DNA from: a virus
Taxonomy: Duplodnaviria > Caudoviricetes
Length of the DNA stretch: 59,733 nt
IMG/VR virus record: IMGVR_UViG_3300043444_000048
Location: 1 to 59,733 of that record
Direction: 5' to 3' (one strand)
The position numbers were made by a program, and so were the translations under genes. Positions 44,701 to 55,165 of the stretch are shown in pieces. Numbering within the stretch: position 1 is the first letter of the stretch; every line of letters starts with the position of its first letter. The notes under the pieces were generated by a model. That model had not been told where the DNA came from, made no database searches, and saw only the letters and a program-made list of their open reading frames with translations.

Positions 44701-47700
44701 TTGTTCGTAGATAAAGATCTCAAGAAGCACCTGGAAACTTCGTCGGTAATTAAGAACCAATCTCTTGTAACTGCCGAATGGAACATGAATATTGCTACCA
44801 ACGTAACAAAGCTTGGAAACTATAAGTATCGACCATATGAAAATGTAGCCTTGCCTATAGGGCAAAGATCGGTATATGCTACTCTAAACAACGCTTTTGA
44901 CCCCAATGACACAGGACTGTTCTACACTGGTGCTACAGACAGCGACATTATCATAGATGGTGGGTACGATAACTCAGATCAGCCAATGGCTTTTGTTAGG
45001 CCAAAGCAAAAAGAAAAGCTGCTATATTCTTTAGAGAGTTGCATTGAAAGATTTAGACCACGCTCAGGCATCAACAAGCTAAGGTGGTTTGACAACTCGT
45101 ATTCTCATTTCACTAACTCTAACCTTTCTACTAGACCTAGATACTATATGGCTCATAAGGATGATCCATTCAAGTACTGGTCATCGTATAGAATGGACGG
45201 TACAGTCGAAAGAGGTATTGCAAACTCTTCTAGACAATTCTCTGGAACAAACTATATTGATGATGCAGCCCCATTCGTAGTATATTCATCACCAGTTCCT
45301 GCTAACAGACTAGTTGTTAAGATGCAGACAAATGTTGGCTCTACTAATCTAGGACCATTTAGCAATAGTTTTGGTGAGTTTGCAGACCCATTCTTTGGAG
45401 CAGAAAACATGTCTGTTCCACAAAGATGGAAGGTCCAGTACCTAAACAACGGCTCGTGGCAAGACGCAGTAGTCTTCAATGAATTCTCTACTAGAAATGA
45501 CGGATCTTCTGTAATTGGCCCTGATGGCTATGTTGAGCTAGCATATGGACTAATCATTCCAGAGCAATACAAGTCAAACTTTATTCTTTATGACACTATC
45601 TCTACTAGCTTTGCATTGCCAGCAGAGGCTCTAGAGGGTCAGGCCTGGCTTGTAGCGTCTGGCACCAATGACTCTGGAACTGTTCACGTATGGTCAAACG
45701 GCAGCTTTAAGTCTTTTAAGGCTAGATATGGCTGGTACTTGTTAAGTGAACCTATGGAGTCATCTCTAACCATGGCTACTAAGTTAGTCAACCCAGACCA
45801 ATTTCATGATCCTGTATCTGCAAACATAGTGTATAGGGAGTTCCAATATGTTTCTGGAATTCGGGTAGTAGTTGACACAATGGTAAAGCCAGACTCTACA
45901 TTTGACCTTATCGAGATGTCTCCAAGGCTTGCTGTAGACCTGACAGACAAAGTGTCTTCTTTTAATGTCACTAAGACAGCGTCTGACCTAGGAGTTAGTG
46001 GTCTTCCTGTTGGGCAGCTGCTGGCAGGTACTGGAGACGTAGACATTTTTGACTATGATATGGCATTCTCTAAAACTAACTCTTCTAGTATAATTGCAGA
46101 CTACGCATCTCAAAGTGTTCAGATTAAATTTTACGAGACTATTTATGATGTTCCCCAGTATGACACTGCTGGCAATAACACTGGTCTAGCCAACTACTAT
46201 GTCCCCCTAAAGACCATGTTCTCTGAGGGTTTCCCAACTATTGACTCTAACTCTAGAAACGTTCAGCTAAAGCTTAGAGATAAATTCTTCTACTTTGAAT
46301 TTTTGACGGCACCGCAGATATTCATCCAGAATGTCTCTCTAAGCTATGCTGTGTCTACTATTCTAGATTACATTGGTTTCTCTAACTACACTTTTAAGAG
46401 GATGCCAGACGAAAATGAGCCAATCATTCCATTCTTCTTTATTCAACCTGAGACTTCTGTGGCACAGGTGCTGCAGGACTTGGCTATCTCCACACAAACA
46501 ACCATGTTCTTTGACGAATACAACAACTTTGTAGTCATGAGCAAAGACTATATGTTGCCATCAAATGACAATAGACCACTAGATGTTGTGCTAGTCGGCA
46601 GCAAGGACTTTGAGTCGGATGGAGTATACTCTAATAAGGCAACCAATGGTGAGCTCCCACTAGCAAACATTATTGAAATTGCTTCACAGGATAATCAGGT
46701 ATACAACGATGGCTCTATTCAGTATACGCATAGATATATTCAGCGTTCTATAGGAAAGCTAAGCCAGGCATCATTTACTGAAAAAGACCAGACCTGGATA
46801 TACAAGCCAGCATTGCTTTGGGAAATTGCTCCACAAGACAGTCCAAAATCGGTTAACAATGAAGTGTCTTCAGTGTCTAACTACGCCCTGACAGCAGTTC
46901 CTCTGAACTCAGACTTGCCAGATCGTGCTCCAATTGTTTCTAGCAATCAGATTTTGTACAATACTATCGACCTAGGAGAAGCTGTTTTTTGGCTAGGCAG
47001 ATACAATGGCTACCTATATGCTAACGGTGAGATTATTAGATTTGACGCTATCCAGTACACAATTCCTGGGTATGTTGCTGAAGATGGCACAAGCAACTTT
47101 TGGATTTCTAGCGTACGAGAATACCAACAGTACTTCTCAAACATTCCGTTTAATGGAAAGCTTTACCCGACAGGTCTGGTGAGAATCTATACAGAGCCAC
47201 ACTACGAGACTATTGGTAACATTACTCGTATGAAGAATGGCAATGTGGCTAAGCACGGTAGAGGACAGTTTGGTACTCCAGTTGTATATCACAATGCTGG
47301 CCTTAATTCCCACTGGACTGACAACGCCAATGTTCATGCTTGCAAGATGCAAACAGACTACTTGTTTGGTAACAAGGTGTTTACTGGAACTGCAGACAGC
47401 ACAGTCGCAGGAGACTCTCCAGCGGTAGCAATTAGGTTAAATCGTACAGGAATTATCAAGAATTTCCTAAGTGCAACATTCAACTCCGAGTCTGAGCTAA
47501 GCTCTCTATACTCTACTCAGACTGGAACTGTTCAGTCTTCTGCATTAGTTATGCAGGGAGGAAGCTTCTTTAGTACAGAAACTCCTCTACAGTATATGTC
47601 TTACGTTCACAAGCCACTCAAGAACAACTATAAGCACTTTGGAACTAGAATGAGAATTGTTGGTAGGATTGAGAATGACTCTAACAATACGCAGACTGCG

Positions 47701-49050
47701 TCTGGCTCAATGTCATACTTTGTTTCACAAAATGCAACGCCAGACAAGACACCAGTTATTGGTGGTGGCTCAGGAGGTCTTGGAATCTTTGTTAATCCAG
47801 CAAAAAACACAGGCTACTTCTTTGAGATGATTGCTCTAGCGAGCACAAACATTGATGAGATTGACTCGGTAGCTGACGTAGTGTTCTACAAGGTTGTAGC
47901 ATCTGGAAGCGAAGCAATCCCAATCAAACTTTGGTCTGGAATTGCTGGGAATAGTGTTGATGATGGTAACTTTGCTGGGCAGTATAGGGTTACTGCTGAA
48001 GAAAGACCATCAGTATACGATATCTCTGTAGAGTACCAGGATGTTGGAAAGATTAGAAAGTTCTATCTATATATTAACGGCAGTTTGGTCCAGATTGTAG
48101 ATGATGCAGACCCACTTCCAATCTACAACAACATGGCTTTGTTCGTCCGTGGAACTTCTAAGTGTATGTTTGAAAATGTGTATGCCCTGACATCTAACTA
48201 TGCTCAAAATACCGCTACTGCAGTCAACTTGCCATCAAATTCAGTCTTTGCCAATAAGGCAATCACGGTTAATGATACGTTTAGAAAGTATGCCTTGAGC
48301 GGTATGGTTGAGTCTTCCTACCTGTCAAACATTAGCCCATCTCAGCCACCATCGTATGATATGTACTTTGAAGAATTTGGGACAATCATGCGTGAAGCAG
48401 CATACATGAACGTTAAGTATGAGGTGTTCCCAGCACTAACTGCACAGCTATCTCCAACTTTTAGCAGCCTAAAGGGATATACAGTTTCTGGTTTTTCTGC
48501 TGGGGCATATGGAGCAGAGTTCCTAATCTTCAACACAACAGACGCACCAATAAGCCTAGATGAGACTAGCGGAAACTACCTAAGAATTCAGGGTGCAGCT
48601 ATTACTCAAGAGTCAGAAAACGACCTAACTGTCGACGAGTATTTTGCAAAGACGGGTAGTTTTAGCGACCAAGAGCTATCTTCTGGAAACTCCGTGATAT
48701 TCTCACCAGCTAGACAGCAAAAGCTGTTCTACGACATTAAGAACAGCAGAATTACTTATGGCAAGAATGCATTCTCGCTAGCTGCTCCCTATATCCAAAG
48801 CCACGACGAAGCTTGGAACCTCATGGGATGGCTAACAAAGAAGATCATGAAGCCAAGAATGTCTGTTGGCATTAAGATATTCTCTAACCCAACAATTCAG
48901 CTTGGAGATATTGTAAGCATTCACTATAGGGACAATAGCCAGGATGTAGTTATCCCTAGCGATAAAAAGTTTGTGGTGTACAATATTTCTCATACAAGAA
49001 GTTTGGATGGACCAGACATGACTGTATACCTAAGTGAGGTTGGTGAATAA
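44701..49050 (+). CDS. Large tail-tip/baseplate hub protein
   Basis: Synteny after Dit; MFFDEYNNFV and C-terminal NPTIQLGDIV hub-type motifs. Start codon uncertain (TTG). Confidence 0.7.
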   Translation: MFVDKDLKKHLETSSVIKNQSLVTAEWNMNIATNVTKLGNYKYRPYENVALPIGQRSVYATLNNAFDPNDTGLFYTGATDSDIIIDGGYDNSDQPMAFVRPKQKEKLLYSLESCIERFRPRSGINKLRWFDNSYSHFTNSNLSTRPRYYMAHKDDPFKYWSSYRMDGTVERGIANSSRQFSGTNYIDDAAPFVVYSSPVPANRLVVKMQTNVGSTNLGPFSNSFGEFADPFFGAENMSVPQRWKVQYLNNGSWQDAVVFNEFSTRNDGSSVIGPDGYVELAYGLIIPEQYKSNFILYDTISTSFALPAEALEGQAWLVASGTNDSGTVHVWSNGSFKSFKARYGWYLLSEPMESSLTMATKLVNPDQFHDPVSANIVYREFQYVSGIRVVVDTMVKPDSTFDLIEMSPRLAVDLTDKVSSFNVTKTASDLGVSGLPVGQLLAGTGDVDIFDYDMAFSKTNSSSIIADYASQSVQIKFYETIYDVPQYDTAGNNTGLANYYVPLKTMFSEGFPTIDSNSRNVQLKLRDKFFYFEFLTAPQIFIQNVSLSYAVSTILDYIGFSNYTFKRMPDENEPIIPFFFIQPETSVAQVLQDLAISTQTTMFFDEYNNFVVMSKDYMLPSNDNRPLDVVLVGSKDFESDGVYSNKATNGELPLANIIEIASQDNQVYNDGSIQYTHRYIQRSIGKLSQASFTEKDQTWIYKPALLWEIAPQDSPKSVNNEVSSVSNYALTAVPLNSDLPDRAPIVSSNQILYNTIDLGEAVFWLGRYNGYLYANGEIIRFDAIQYTIPGYVAEDGTSNFWISSVREYQQYFSNIPFNGKLYPTGLVRIYTEPHYETIGNITRMKNGNVAKHGRGQFGTPVVYHNAGLNSHWTDNANVHACKMQTDYLFGNKVFTGTADSTVAGDSPAVAIRLNRTGIIKNFLSATFNSESELSSLYSTQTGTVQSSALVMQGGSFFSTETPLQYMSYVHKPLKNNYKHFGTRMRIVGRIENDSNNTQTASGSMSYFVSQNATPDKTPVIGGGSGGLGIFVNPAKNTGYFFEMIALASTNIDEIDSVADVVFYKVVASGSEAIPIKLWSGIAGNSVDDGNFAGQYRVTAEERPSVYDISVEYQDVGKIRKFYLYINGSLVQIVDDADPLPIYNNMALFVRGTSKCMFENVYALTSNYAQNTATAVNLPSNSVFANKAITVNDTFRKYALSGMVESSYLSNISPSQPPSYDMYFEEFGTIMREAAYMNVKYEVFPALTAQLSPTFSSLKGYTVSGFSAGAYGAEFLIFNTTDAPISLDETSGNYLRIQGAAITQESENDLTVDEYFAKTGSFSDQELSSGNSVIFSPARQQKLFYDIKNSRITYGKNAFSLAAPYIQSHDEAWNLMGWLTKKIMKPRMSVGIKIFSNPTIQLGDIVSIHYRDNSQDVVIPSDKKFVVYNISHTRSLDGPDMTVYLSEVGE

Positions 49051-49544
49051 TGGTTGATGCAGTGCCAAATCTGCCCTTAGTTCAGGCCAACCTGTCTGCT
49101 GCTAATGGGGCAACAAAGAAGGCAGAGCCAGACAGAATTTTGATGGATAGTCAAAACATTCCTGTTTCTGCTATTCCACAGCTACTGCTTGAAAACATTG
49201 GTGGTCAAGAATTGCTTAGCTTGTCTAGGCACGACCTTGTCAATGGTCAGAGTGTTGTATACAGACCAATTAAGAACTTGTCTGATCTTGCTAATCGATA
49301 TGGCCCACAGAACTTAGTCGCTCTGCAGTCACCTGGCAATGTTATTTTTAATAACTTTTCTATTAAACTTGGAGATAAGATTCCAGATGTTGGCACAGGT
49401 TTGTATGGTGAAACGGTATATATTGAAGAAGGAACAAATAACCTAATTATCAATGTATTTAACATGGCAGATGACGAGCAGGTAGAAGTAGAGATATTAG
49501 TCTCTGGAGCTATTCAAGATGATACAATAGAGGTTGGAGAATAA
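49050..49544 (+). CDS. Minor tail protein
   Basis: Coupled ORF in the tail-tip operon. Confidence 0.6.
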   Translation: MVDAVPNLPLVQANLSAANGATKKAEPDRILMDSQNIPVSAIPQLLLENIGGQELLSLSRHDLVNGQSVVYRPIKNLSDLANRYGPQNLVALQSPGNVIFNNFSIKLGDKIPDVGTGLYGETVYIEEGTNNLIINVFNMADDEQVEVEILVSGAIQDDTIEVGE

Positions 49545-50704
49545 TGATTACAGAAACTGGAAAAAATATCTTAGCCAAGTATATGATTGGCCAAGCCCCT
49601 GCATACGCATCATACCTTTCTTTTGGTAGTGGTCCAAAAGCCCTAGCCTCCGCTGAGCCATTCAACAACGATCCATCTACATCTGCTATGCAGTTTGAGA
49701 TGTTCCGTGCACCCATTGTGTCTCGTGGTTATGTTACTCAAAATGTAACAGATGAGAATGGTGTAGTACAGCTTGACCTAGATGGCAATCCTATCAAGTA
49801 TTCTGAGATTGTATTTACTGCACAGTTGCCCACAGATGAACGATATGAGATCACTGAGGTTGGAGTTTGGTCTGCAGGTGGTAATCCATCAGCAGGATCT
49901 AATGACAGCAGAATGCTATTTGCTTTTAGCGAATCTGAAAACTGGGAGCATCACACATCTCTTGCAGCAATTCCTGCAACAAAGATCGTAACAGCTCTTG
50001 ATGCTGGTAACGATGAAAATACAATCGAAGTAACGGAAAAAGTCTTCCAGGCTAACTCAGACAACACAGCTCTAGATGCTCCAGTTAGGTATCAAAGAAA
50101 TGAGAGACCAAGATTTCTAAACAACTCTTTGTTTTTGAGAGGAGATGTGTCATCGGTATCTGGCACTGGGTCATCTCTAACTGCTACTGGTGAGCACGTC
50201 CACCTTAATGGCATTACCCTGAACCTAGATAAAAATGCTGGTACTGACGAGATTCGCATAGCCTTTTCACTTATTAACAAGTTTTCAACATCAGAAAGCC
50301 CAAGCGACGTTAAGATTATTGTGGAGTTCTCAACACCAGAGACTGGAGAGGCTATTCAGTATGCTAGAATGAAGGCTCATCTTACAGCAGTTGCTGACGG
50401 ATTTAGCACTAACCGCTATTTTGTAGTTTCCCAAAAGCTAGAAGATCTAGAGAAGAGTCAATCATTTAGCTGGGAGTCTGCATCAGTTGTAAAAATTTAT
50501 GCAACTATTTTGGATGGTGGCAGTGCATCAGACGAGTTCTTCCTAGCATTCGACGGTATCAGACTAGAAAATCTAACAACCCAAAATCCACTATATGGTC
50601 TAGTTGGATATACTCAGGTTAAGACAGAAACAGGGTTGCCAATCATTAAGCAGCCAAACACCTCTAACCTGCTAGAGTTTAGGTTTGCAATGGATGTTGC
50701 ATAA
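49544..50704 (+). CDS. Minor tail/baseplate protein
   Basis: MITETGKNILAKY and ITEVGVW motifs typical of fibre-attachment or baseplate proteins. Confidence 0.65.
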   Translation: MITETGKNILAKYMIGQAPAYASYLSFGSGPKALASAEPFNNDPSTSAMQFEMFRAPIVSRGYVTQNVTDENGVVQLDLDGNPIKYSEIVFTAQLPTDERYEITEVGVWSAGGNPSAGSNDSRMLFAFSESENWEHHTSLAAIPATKIVTALDAGNDENTIEVTEKVFQANSDNTALDAPVRYQRNERPRFLNNSLFLRGDVSSVSGTGSSLTATGEHVHLNGITLNLDKNAGTDEIRIAFSLINKFSTSESPSDVKIIVEFSTPETGEAIQYARMKAHLTAVADGFSTNRYFVVSQKLEDLEKSQSFSWESASVVKIYATILDGGSASDEFFLAFDGIRLENLTTQNPLYGLVGYTQVKTETGLPIIKQPNTSNLLEFRFAMDVA

Positions 50705-51162
50705 TGGCAGACAAAAACATTAAAAAGGTTATTATTAATAAAGCATCTCTGCCTGCCCTGAACGGAGACTTGGAGAAGTACGTAGTTAGATATCGCATCA
50801 TCTCTGAAGACCGTAACAGAATCTCTCACTGGTCTCCACAATTTTACATTTCGCCAAATCCTCTTGTCCCTGGATCAACAGACAACATCTCCATCGTTCA
50901 GGTTGGAAGTTCAATTGTTGCATCTTGGCCGCTTGAAGGTGACTCAGAGATTCCAGCATCTGATGTTTTCGTAGCTTGGGGAACCTCACCAGGCGTTGTG
51001 GGGGCATATGAGTATCATGCAACCATTACAGCCAACTCAACAACCATTCCAATCCCTGCAGGCAAGGTAGCCGTTGACATAAAGGTTCAGCTGGCGGTAT
51101 ACCCTAGAAAACTAGTAGAAGCTAGATTCATTGCAGAATCTGGTGTTCAAGCACTGGTTTAA
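50704..51162 (+). CDS. Minor tail protein, FN3-like
   Basis: YVVRYRIISEDRNRISHWSP motif; coupled ORF. Confidence 0.6.
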   Translation: MADKNIKKVIINKASLPALNGDLEKYVVRYRIISEDRNRISHWSPQFYISPNPLVPGSTDNISIVQVGSSIVASWPLEGDSEIPASDVFVAWGTSPGVVGAYEYHATITANSTTIPIPAGKVAVDIKVQLAVYPRKLVEARFIAESGVQALV

Positions 51163-51180
51163 TGGTATAATATAATCACT

Positions 51181-51624
51181 ATGTCAAGAGTTCCAGTTCC
51201 AGAGCGTGGTCAGCCATTAGACCTTTCGTATATTAGCATGCTTGCTGAGGCAATTAATGATATCTCAACACAGCTATCTCCATCAAACAACAGATACGTA
51301 ACCATAGACACACCTGCTGACGGAAAGCAGAGCACTCTGTCTTCTGGTGTTAAGATCAATGCTGCCTACGTACAGGTTGCTAACAGCAGCACGGTGCTTG
51401 CTGGATCTGAGCAGACCTTCCAGTATATCTTCCCAGCTGAGTATAAGTATGCCCCAGTCGCAACTGCTACTCCTGTTAACGCTGGCGGTACTCCAGCAGG
51501 TCGAGAGATCTCCGTAATTCTTAAGAACGTTACAACCTCTCGTGTAGATGGTGTAATAAAATATAACGCCAGTGGTGACGTTACTATTGGTGTTAATATT
51601 ATTATTGTAGGTATTCCTAACTAA
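51181..51624 (+). CDS. Minor virion protein with small C-terminal beta domain
   Basis: FPAEYKYAPVATAT...VNIIIVG resembles gp53-like/H-type lectin C-terminal domains; own promoter. Confidence 0.55.
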   Translation: MSRVPVPERGQPLDLSYISMLAEAINDISTQLSPSNNRYVTIDTPADGKQSTLSSGVKINAAYVQVANSSTVLAGSEQTFQYIFPAEYKYAPVATATPVNAGGTPAGREISVILKNVTTSRVDGVIKYNASGDVTIGVNIIIVGIPN

Positions 51625-51625
51625 A

Positions 51626-52165
51626 ATGAAAAAAGGCGGACCACTCTCTAGGGGAGACTATAATTCCGCACCTGCAATAACAGGAAACAAAAAGGTGTGG
51701 TTCTTGAATGGTGACCTCGTAAGGATTCACCATATTAACCGATCAAACGGAATCATGTCAGTCTACAATATCATTCATGACAGGATTGAAAGCTGTTTAG
51801 TTAGTGATTTTAATAAGAACAAAGAGCGAGCTTACACTGTTGGTGAGACCGCTGCACTGGTAAATAGGCACAAAAAGTACATGCCAAACCTAATGAACCG
51901 TGGAGTTATTCCTTTCCCTATGGGTAGCCAAAAGGGTGGGGCAAGAGGCTGGCAAGTAAGAAGTTACTACTCAGAGTCGCAAGTTAGAGAAATTCGTGAT
52001 ATACTTGCTTCCTACCATATGGGCAGACCTCGTAAAGATAAGCTTATCACAAATGATATAACACCTTCTCCACAAGAGTTGACACGGAGAATGGGTGATG
52101 GTATACTGACTTATACAAGGACTGAAGACGGACGATTTATCCCTATTTGGTCAGAATCAATATAG
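51626..52165 (+). CDS. DNA-binding protein with MerR/excisionase-like HTH
   Basis: AYTVGETAALVNRH...RGVIP...RSYYSESQV pattern. Confidence 0.65.
   Translation: MKKGGPLSRGDYNSAPAITGNKKVWFLNGDLVRIHHINRSNGIMSVYNIIHDRIESCLVSDFNKNKERAYTVGETAALVNRHKKYMPNLMNRGVIPFPMGSQKGGARGWQVRSYYSESQVREIRDILASYHMGRPRKDKLITNDITPSPQELTRRMGDGILTYTRTEDGRFIPIWSESI
52079..52107 (+). promoter_or_regulatory. Consensus promoter TTGACA-N17-TATACT (with TG) inside the HTH gene, driving the replication genes
   Basis: Direct sequence match. Confidence 0.8.
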
Positions 52166-52181
52166 TTTCTTGAAAGGAAAC

Positions 52182-52397
52182 ATGGGTATGGAAAACGAAA
52201 ACACTAAAGTACGAGTTGCACTAGGTTATACTCTCAACCTTGGCAACTTCCAGTCGCTACGCATTGACATTGAGGTCTCAGACAATAAGCGTGATGGCGA
52301 AAACACCAACGAGGCATTTGAGCGAGTATACTCGTTCGTTGAAGACAAGCTTGCCGAAAAGGTCAAGGAAGCATCTCAGGAGATTGAGAGTAAGTAG
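52182..52397 (+). CDS. Conserved small hypothetical protein
   Basis: KVRVALGYTLNLGNFQSLRID; SD GAAAGGA; start at 52182 or 52188. Confidence 0.7.
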   Translation: MGMENENTKVRVALGYTLNLGNFQSLRIDIEVSDNKRDGENTNEAFERVYSFVEDKLAEKVKEASQEIESK

Positions 52398-52705
52398 TGG
52401 CAGATCGCAAAGACCGCATGGCTTTGCTGAGCAGATTTAATAAACACTACCAGTTTAAATACAACGTAAAGCCAACGTACAACCTTTGGGCAGAGCAGTG
52501 GGCTGCAGATGCCCTTATCGAATCTTATGGTTTGAGCACGTGCTATGAGCTACTGGAGTATTACTTTGAGTCTGCACAAAAGCCAGACTGGAAGTATTTC
52601 TCTAACTTTGCTCACGAAATCGTGTTGGCAAAACAAAACTATGAATCAGACAAAAAAGAGCGTGAGCAACGCAGACAACTAGCAAAGAAGTGGCTAAATG
52701 AGTAA
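52397..52705 (+). CDS. Hypothetical protein upstream of helicase (possible loader)
   Basis: Overlaps both neighbours; helical sequence. Confidence 0.6.
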   Translation: MADRKDRMALLSRFNKHYQFKYNVKPTYNLWAEQWAADALIESYGLSTCYELLEYYFESAQKPDWKYFSNFAHEIVLAKQNYESDKKEREQRRQLAKKWLNE

Positions 52706-53918
52706 TGTAGAAGCAAAAGTAATATCAGCAGTTTTGCAGGATAAGCAGATTCACGTCTTGCTGCAGGCAAACGTTGAGACGCTCCTGCGTACTCACAACG
52801 ACATCTGGAACTTTATTCGCCTATACTCAGAGCAGAATAATGCCTTGCCACCAACTAGTCTAGTGGTAGAAAAGTTCAGAGACTTCTCTCCTGTTGACGG
52901 TGTTGGAGCAACTAAGCATCACCTAGAAGAGCTGCAGGCAGAGTATCTAAACGATAGCCTTAAGGATATCATTCGCAACGCAGCTACTGAGGTTCAGTCT
53001 GGCCAGGGCACCAAAGCTCTAGAGGAGCTAATCCAGAAGACATCAGAGCTAAAGAAGAATACTGCGGTAATTCGAGACATCGATGTTACTGATATCGAGT
53101 CAGCTGTAGCATACTATGAGCATGTTCAGAAGCAGCAAGAGCTGGGCACAATTGGTATTAAGACTGGTCTCCCAGGCTTTGACAACTATCTTCCTGCAGG
53201 CATTATGCCAGGACAGCTTGGAGTATTTCTTGCTTATCCAGGTATTGGTAAGTCATGGCTATCGCTATATTTTGCGGTACAGGCTTGGAAGCAAGGCAAG
53301 TCTCCTCTAGTAATCTCTCTTGAGATGTCTGAGACTGAGGTTCGCAACCGTGTATTTACAATCATGGGTGAAGGTCTTTGGTCACACCGCAAGCTAAGCA
53401 ATGGTCAGATCGACATTAACGATCTAAAGCGTTGGCACAAGTCAAAGCTAGAGGGTCGTCCAGAGTTCCACATTATTTCTAATGACTCTGGTGGAGATAT
53501 TAGCCCATCGGTGTTGCGAGGCAAGATTGACCAGTATAAGCCAGACTTTGTTATTGTAGACTACCTGCAGCTCATGTCTCCAAACCAAAAGGCAGACAAC
53601 GAGACGGTACGTATGAAAAACCTGTCACGTGAGCTAAAGCTTCTAGCAATTGCAGAAGAGGTTCCAATTATCGCTATCTCGTCAGCAACACCAGACGACA
53701 TTACCAAGCTTGATACTGTGCCTACTCTTGGTCAGACCGCATGGTCACGCCAGATTGCCTACGATGCTGACTGGGTGATGGCTCTGGGTCGTGGAACTAA
53801 CTCTGACATTATTGAGTGTGTCTTCCGTAAGAACCGTAACGGTTTCATGGGTGAGTTTTTGGTCCAGGTAGACTTTGACAAAGGCTGGTACAAATACAAA
53901 GACATGGAAGATATGTAG
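52698..53918 (+). CDS. dnaB: Replicative DNA helicase, DnaB family
   Basis: Walker A AYPGIGKS, SLEMSE, VIVDYLQLM, SRELKLLA, DADWV and KNRNG motifs. Confidence 0.95.
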   Translation: MSNVEAKVISAVLQDKQIHVLLQANVETLLRTHNDIWNFIRLYSEQNNALPPTSLVVEKFRDFSPVDGVGATKHHLEELQAEYLNDSLKDIIRNAATEVQSGQGTKALEELIQKTSELKKNTAVIRDIDVTDIESAVAYYEHVQKQQELGTIGIKTGLPGFDNYLPAGIMPGQLGVFLAYPGIGKSWLSLYFAVQAWKQGKSPLVISLEMSETEVRNRVFTIMGEGLWSHRKLSNGQIDINDLKRWHKSKLEGRPEFHIISNDSGGDISPSVLRGKIDQYKPDFVIVDYLQLMSPNQKADNETVRMKNLSRELKLLAIAEEVPIIAISSATPDDITKLDTVPTLGQTAWSRQIAYDADWVMALGRGTNSDIIECVFRKNRNGFMGEFLVQVDFDKGWYKYKDMEDM

Positions 53919-53931
53919 TTATAATATATGC

Positions 53932-54258
53932 ATGGATACGCTTCACCACAAGCCAATACGGCGGTTTAACCTAAGTGGAAACATCTATGATGATTCTGCC
54001 ATTGTGAGGCTGCGTATGGAGTATCTAAAGCTTCTGACACTAGAAATGAAGTTGCTAGGATACGTTCCAAGACTTGACATTAATCAAGACTTTACATTAA
54101 GATATAACGAGCAAACAAAATATTTTGAATTTGAGCTAAGCATTTATGGAGTATACGTAGGGAAGAAGAAGAGCGAATGGATATCAGGAATAGACGAAAC
54201 AAGAGTGGTGCCTATACCGCAGATCAAATCAAGCGAGTTCTCGCAGGAGCAGGTATAA
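53932..54258 (+). CDS. Conserved hypothetical protein
   Basis: Start reassigned to ATG 53932, 6 nt after TATAAT (leaderless). Confidence 0.65.
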   Translation: MDTLHHKPIRRFNLSGNIYDDSAIVRLRMEYLKLLTLEMKLLGYVPRLDINQDFTLRYNEQTKYFEFELSIYGVYVGKKKSEWISGIDETRVVPIPQIKSSEFSQEQV

Positions 54259-55121
54259 GCATTGAGTCCGAGGTAGACTCTGACTACATCATCTTCTGTC
54301 CATTCCATGGCAACCACAGAACCCCAGCAGGCGAAGTAGACAAGACTTCTGGCATGTTCTTTTGCTTTTCGTGTCACCATGTAACTGACTTAATCCAGTT
54401 AATTATGCATATGACAAATCGGACATACTTCGAGTCAGCACGGTATATCAAGAGTAAAGAGGATGGCTCTAATCTTGAAGCAGAGATCAATAAGAAACTT
54501 ATTGTACAGCCAACGTACGTACAGTATGACCAAGTCCTAATTAAAAGACTCAACCAGCAAGCACTAGAATCTCCTCGTGCCATGCGTTACTTTGCAAGCA
54601 GATTCCTAACAGAAGACTCTGTAAAAAAGTTTGCACTTGGCTATTCTGAAAAGCAGGATATGGTAACTATTCCTGTACACTCTCCAGATGGTATGGAGAT
54701 TGGTTTTGTTGGCAGATCGGTAGAGGGTAAGAGCTTTAAGAATACTCCTGGGCTACCAAAGTCTAAGATACTGTTCAACCTACATAGGATTAAAACGTCT
54801 AGCAAGGTATACGTAGTAGAGTCATCCTTTGACGCTATTCGTCTAGACCAGGTTGGATTCCCAGCGGTAGCAACCCTAGGATCCAACGTATCAAATATAC
54901 AGATAGATCTTCTTCAGAAGTACTTCAATGATATCTATGTCATTGCTGATAACGATGAAGCAGGCGGTAATATGAGAGATAGGCTAGTAGAACGTCTAGG
55001 CTCACGTGTTAACGTTATACAACTAAATAAAGAATATAAAGACATTGGAGATATGGACGATGCAGCGATAAAAACTTTAGAGCAATCGTTTGACAAATCT
55101 ATATCCTTGATGTTAAACTGA
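54177..55121 (+). CDS. dnaG: DNA primase (zinc finger plus TOPRIM)
   Basis: CPFH...CFSC zinc finger, GFVGR, VVESSFD, ADNDEAG and KDIGD motifs. Confidence 0.92.
   Translation: MDIRNRRNKSGAYTADQIKRVLAGAGISIESEVDSDYIIFCPFHGNHRTPAGEVDKTSGMFFCFSCHHVTDLIQLIMHMTNRTYFESARYIKSKEDGSNLEAEINKKLIVQPTYVQYDQVLIKRLNQQALESPRAMRYFASRFLTEDSVKKFALGYSEKQDMVTIPVHSPDGMEIGFVGRSVEGKSFKNTPGLPKSKILFNLHRIKTSSKVYVVESSFDAIRLDQVGFPAVATLGSNVSNIQIDLLQKYFNDIYVIADNDEAGGNMRDRLVERLGSRVNVIQLNKEYKDIGDMDDAAIKTLEQSFDKSISLMLN
55090..55119 (+). promoter_or_regulatory. Promoter TTGACA-N18-TAAACT for ssb/dnaE
   Basis: Sequence match at the 3' end of the primase gene; SD AGGAG follows. Confidence 0.65.
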
Positions 55122-55165
55122 TATAGCTAATTTACATAGCAAACTACTATAAGGAGAAATACAAC

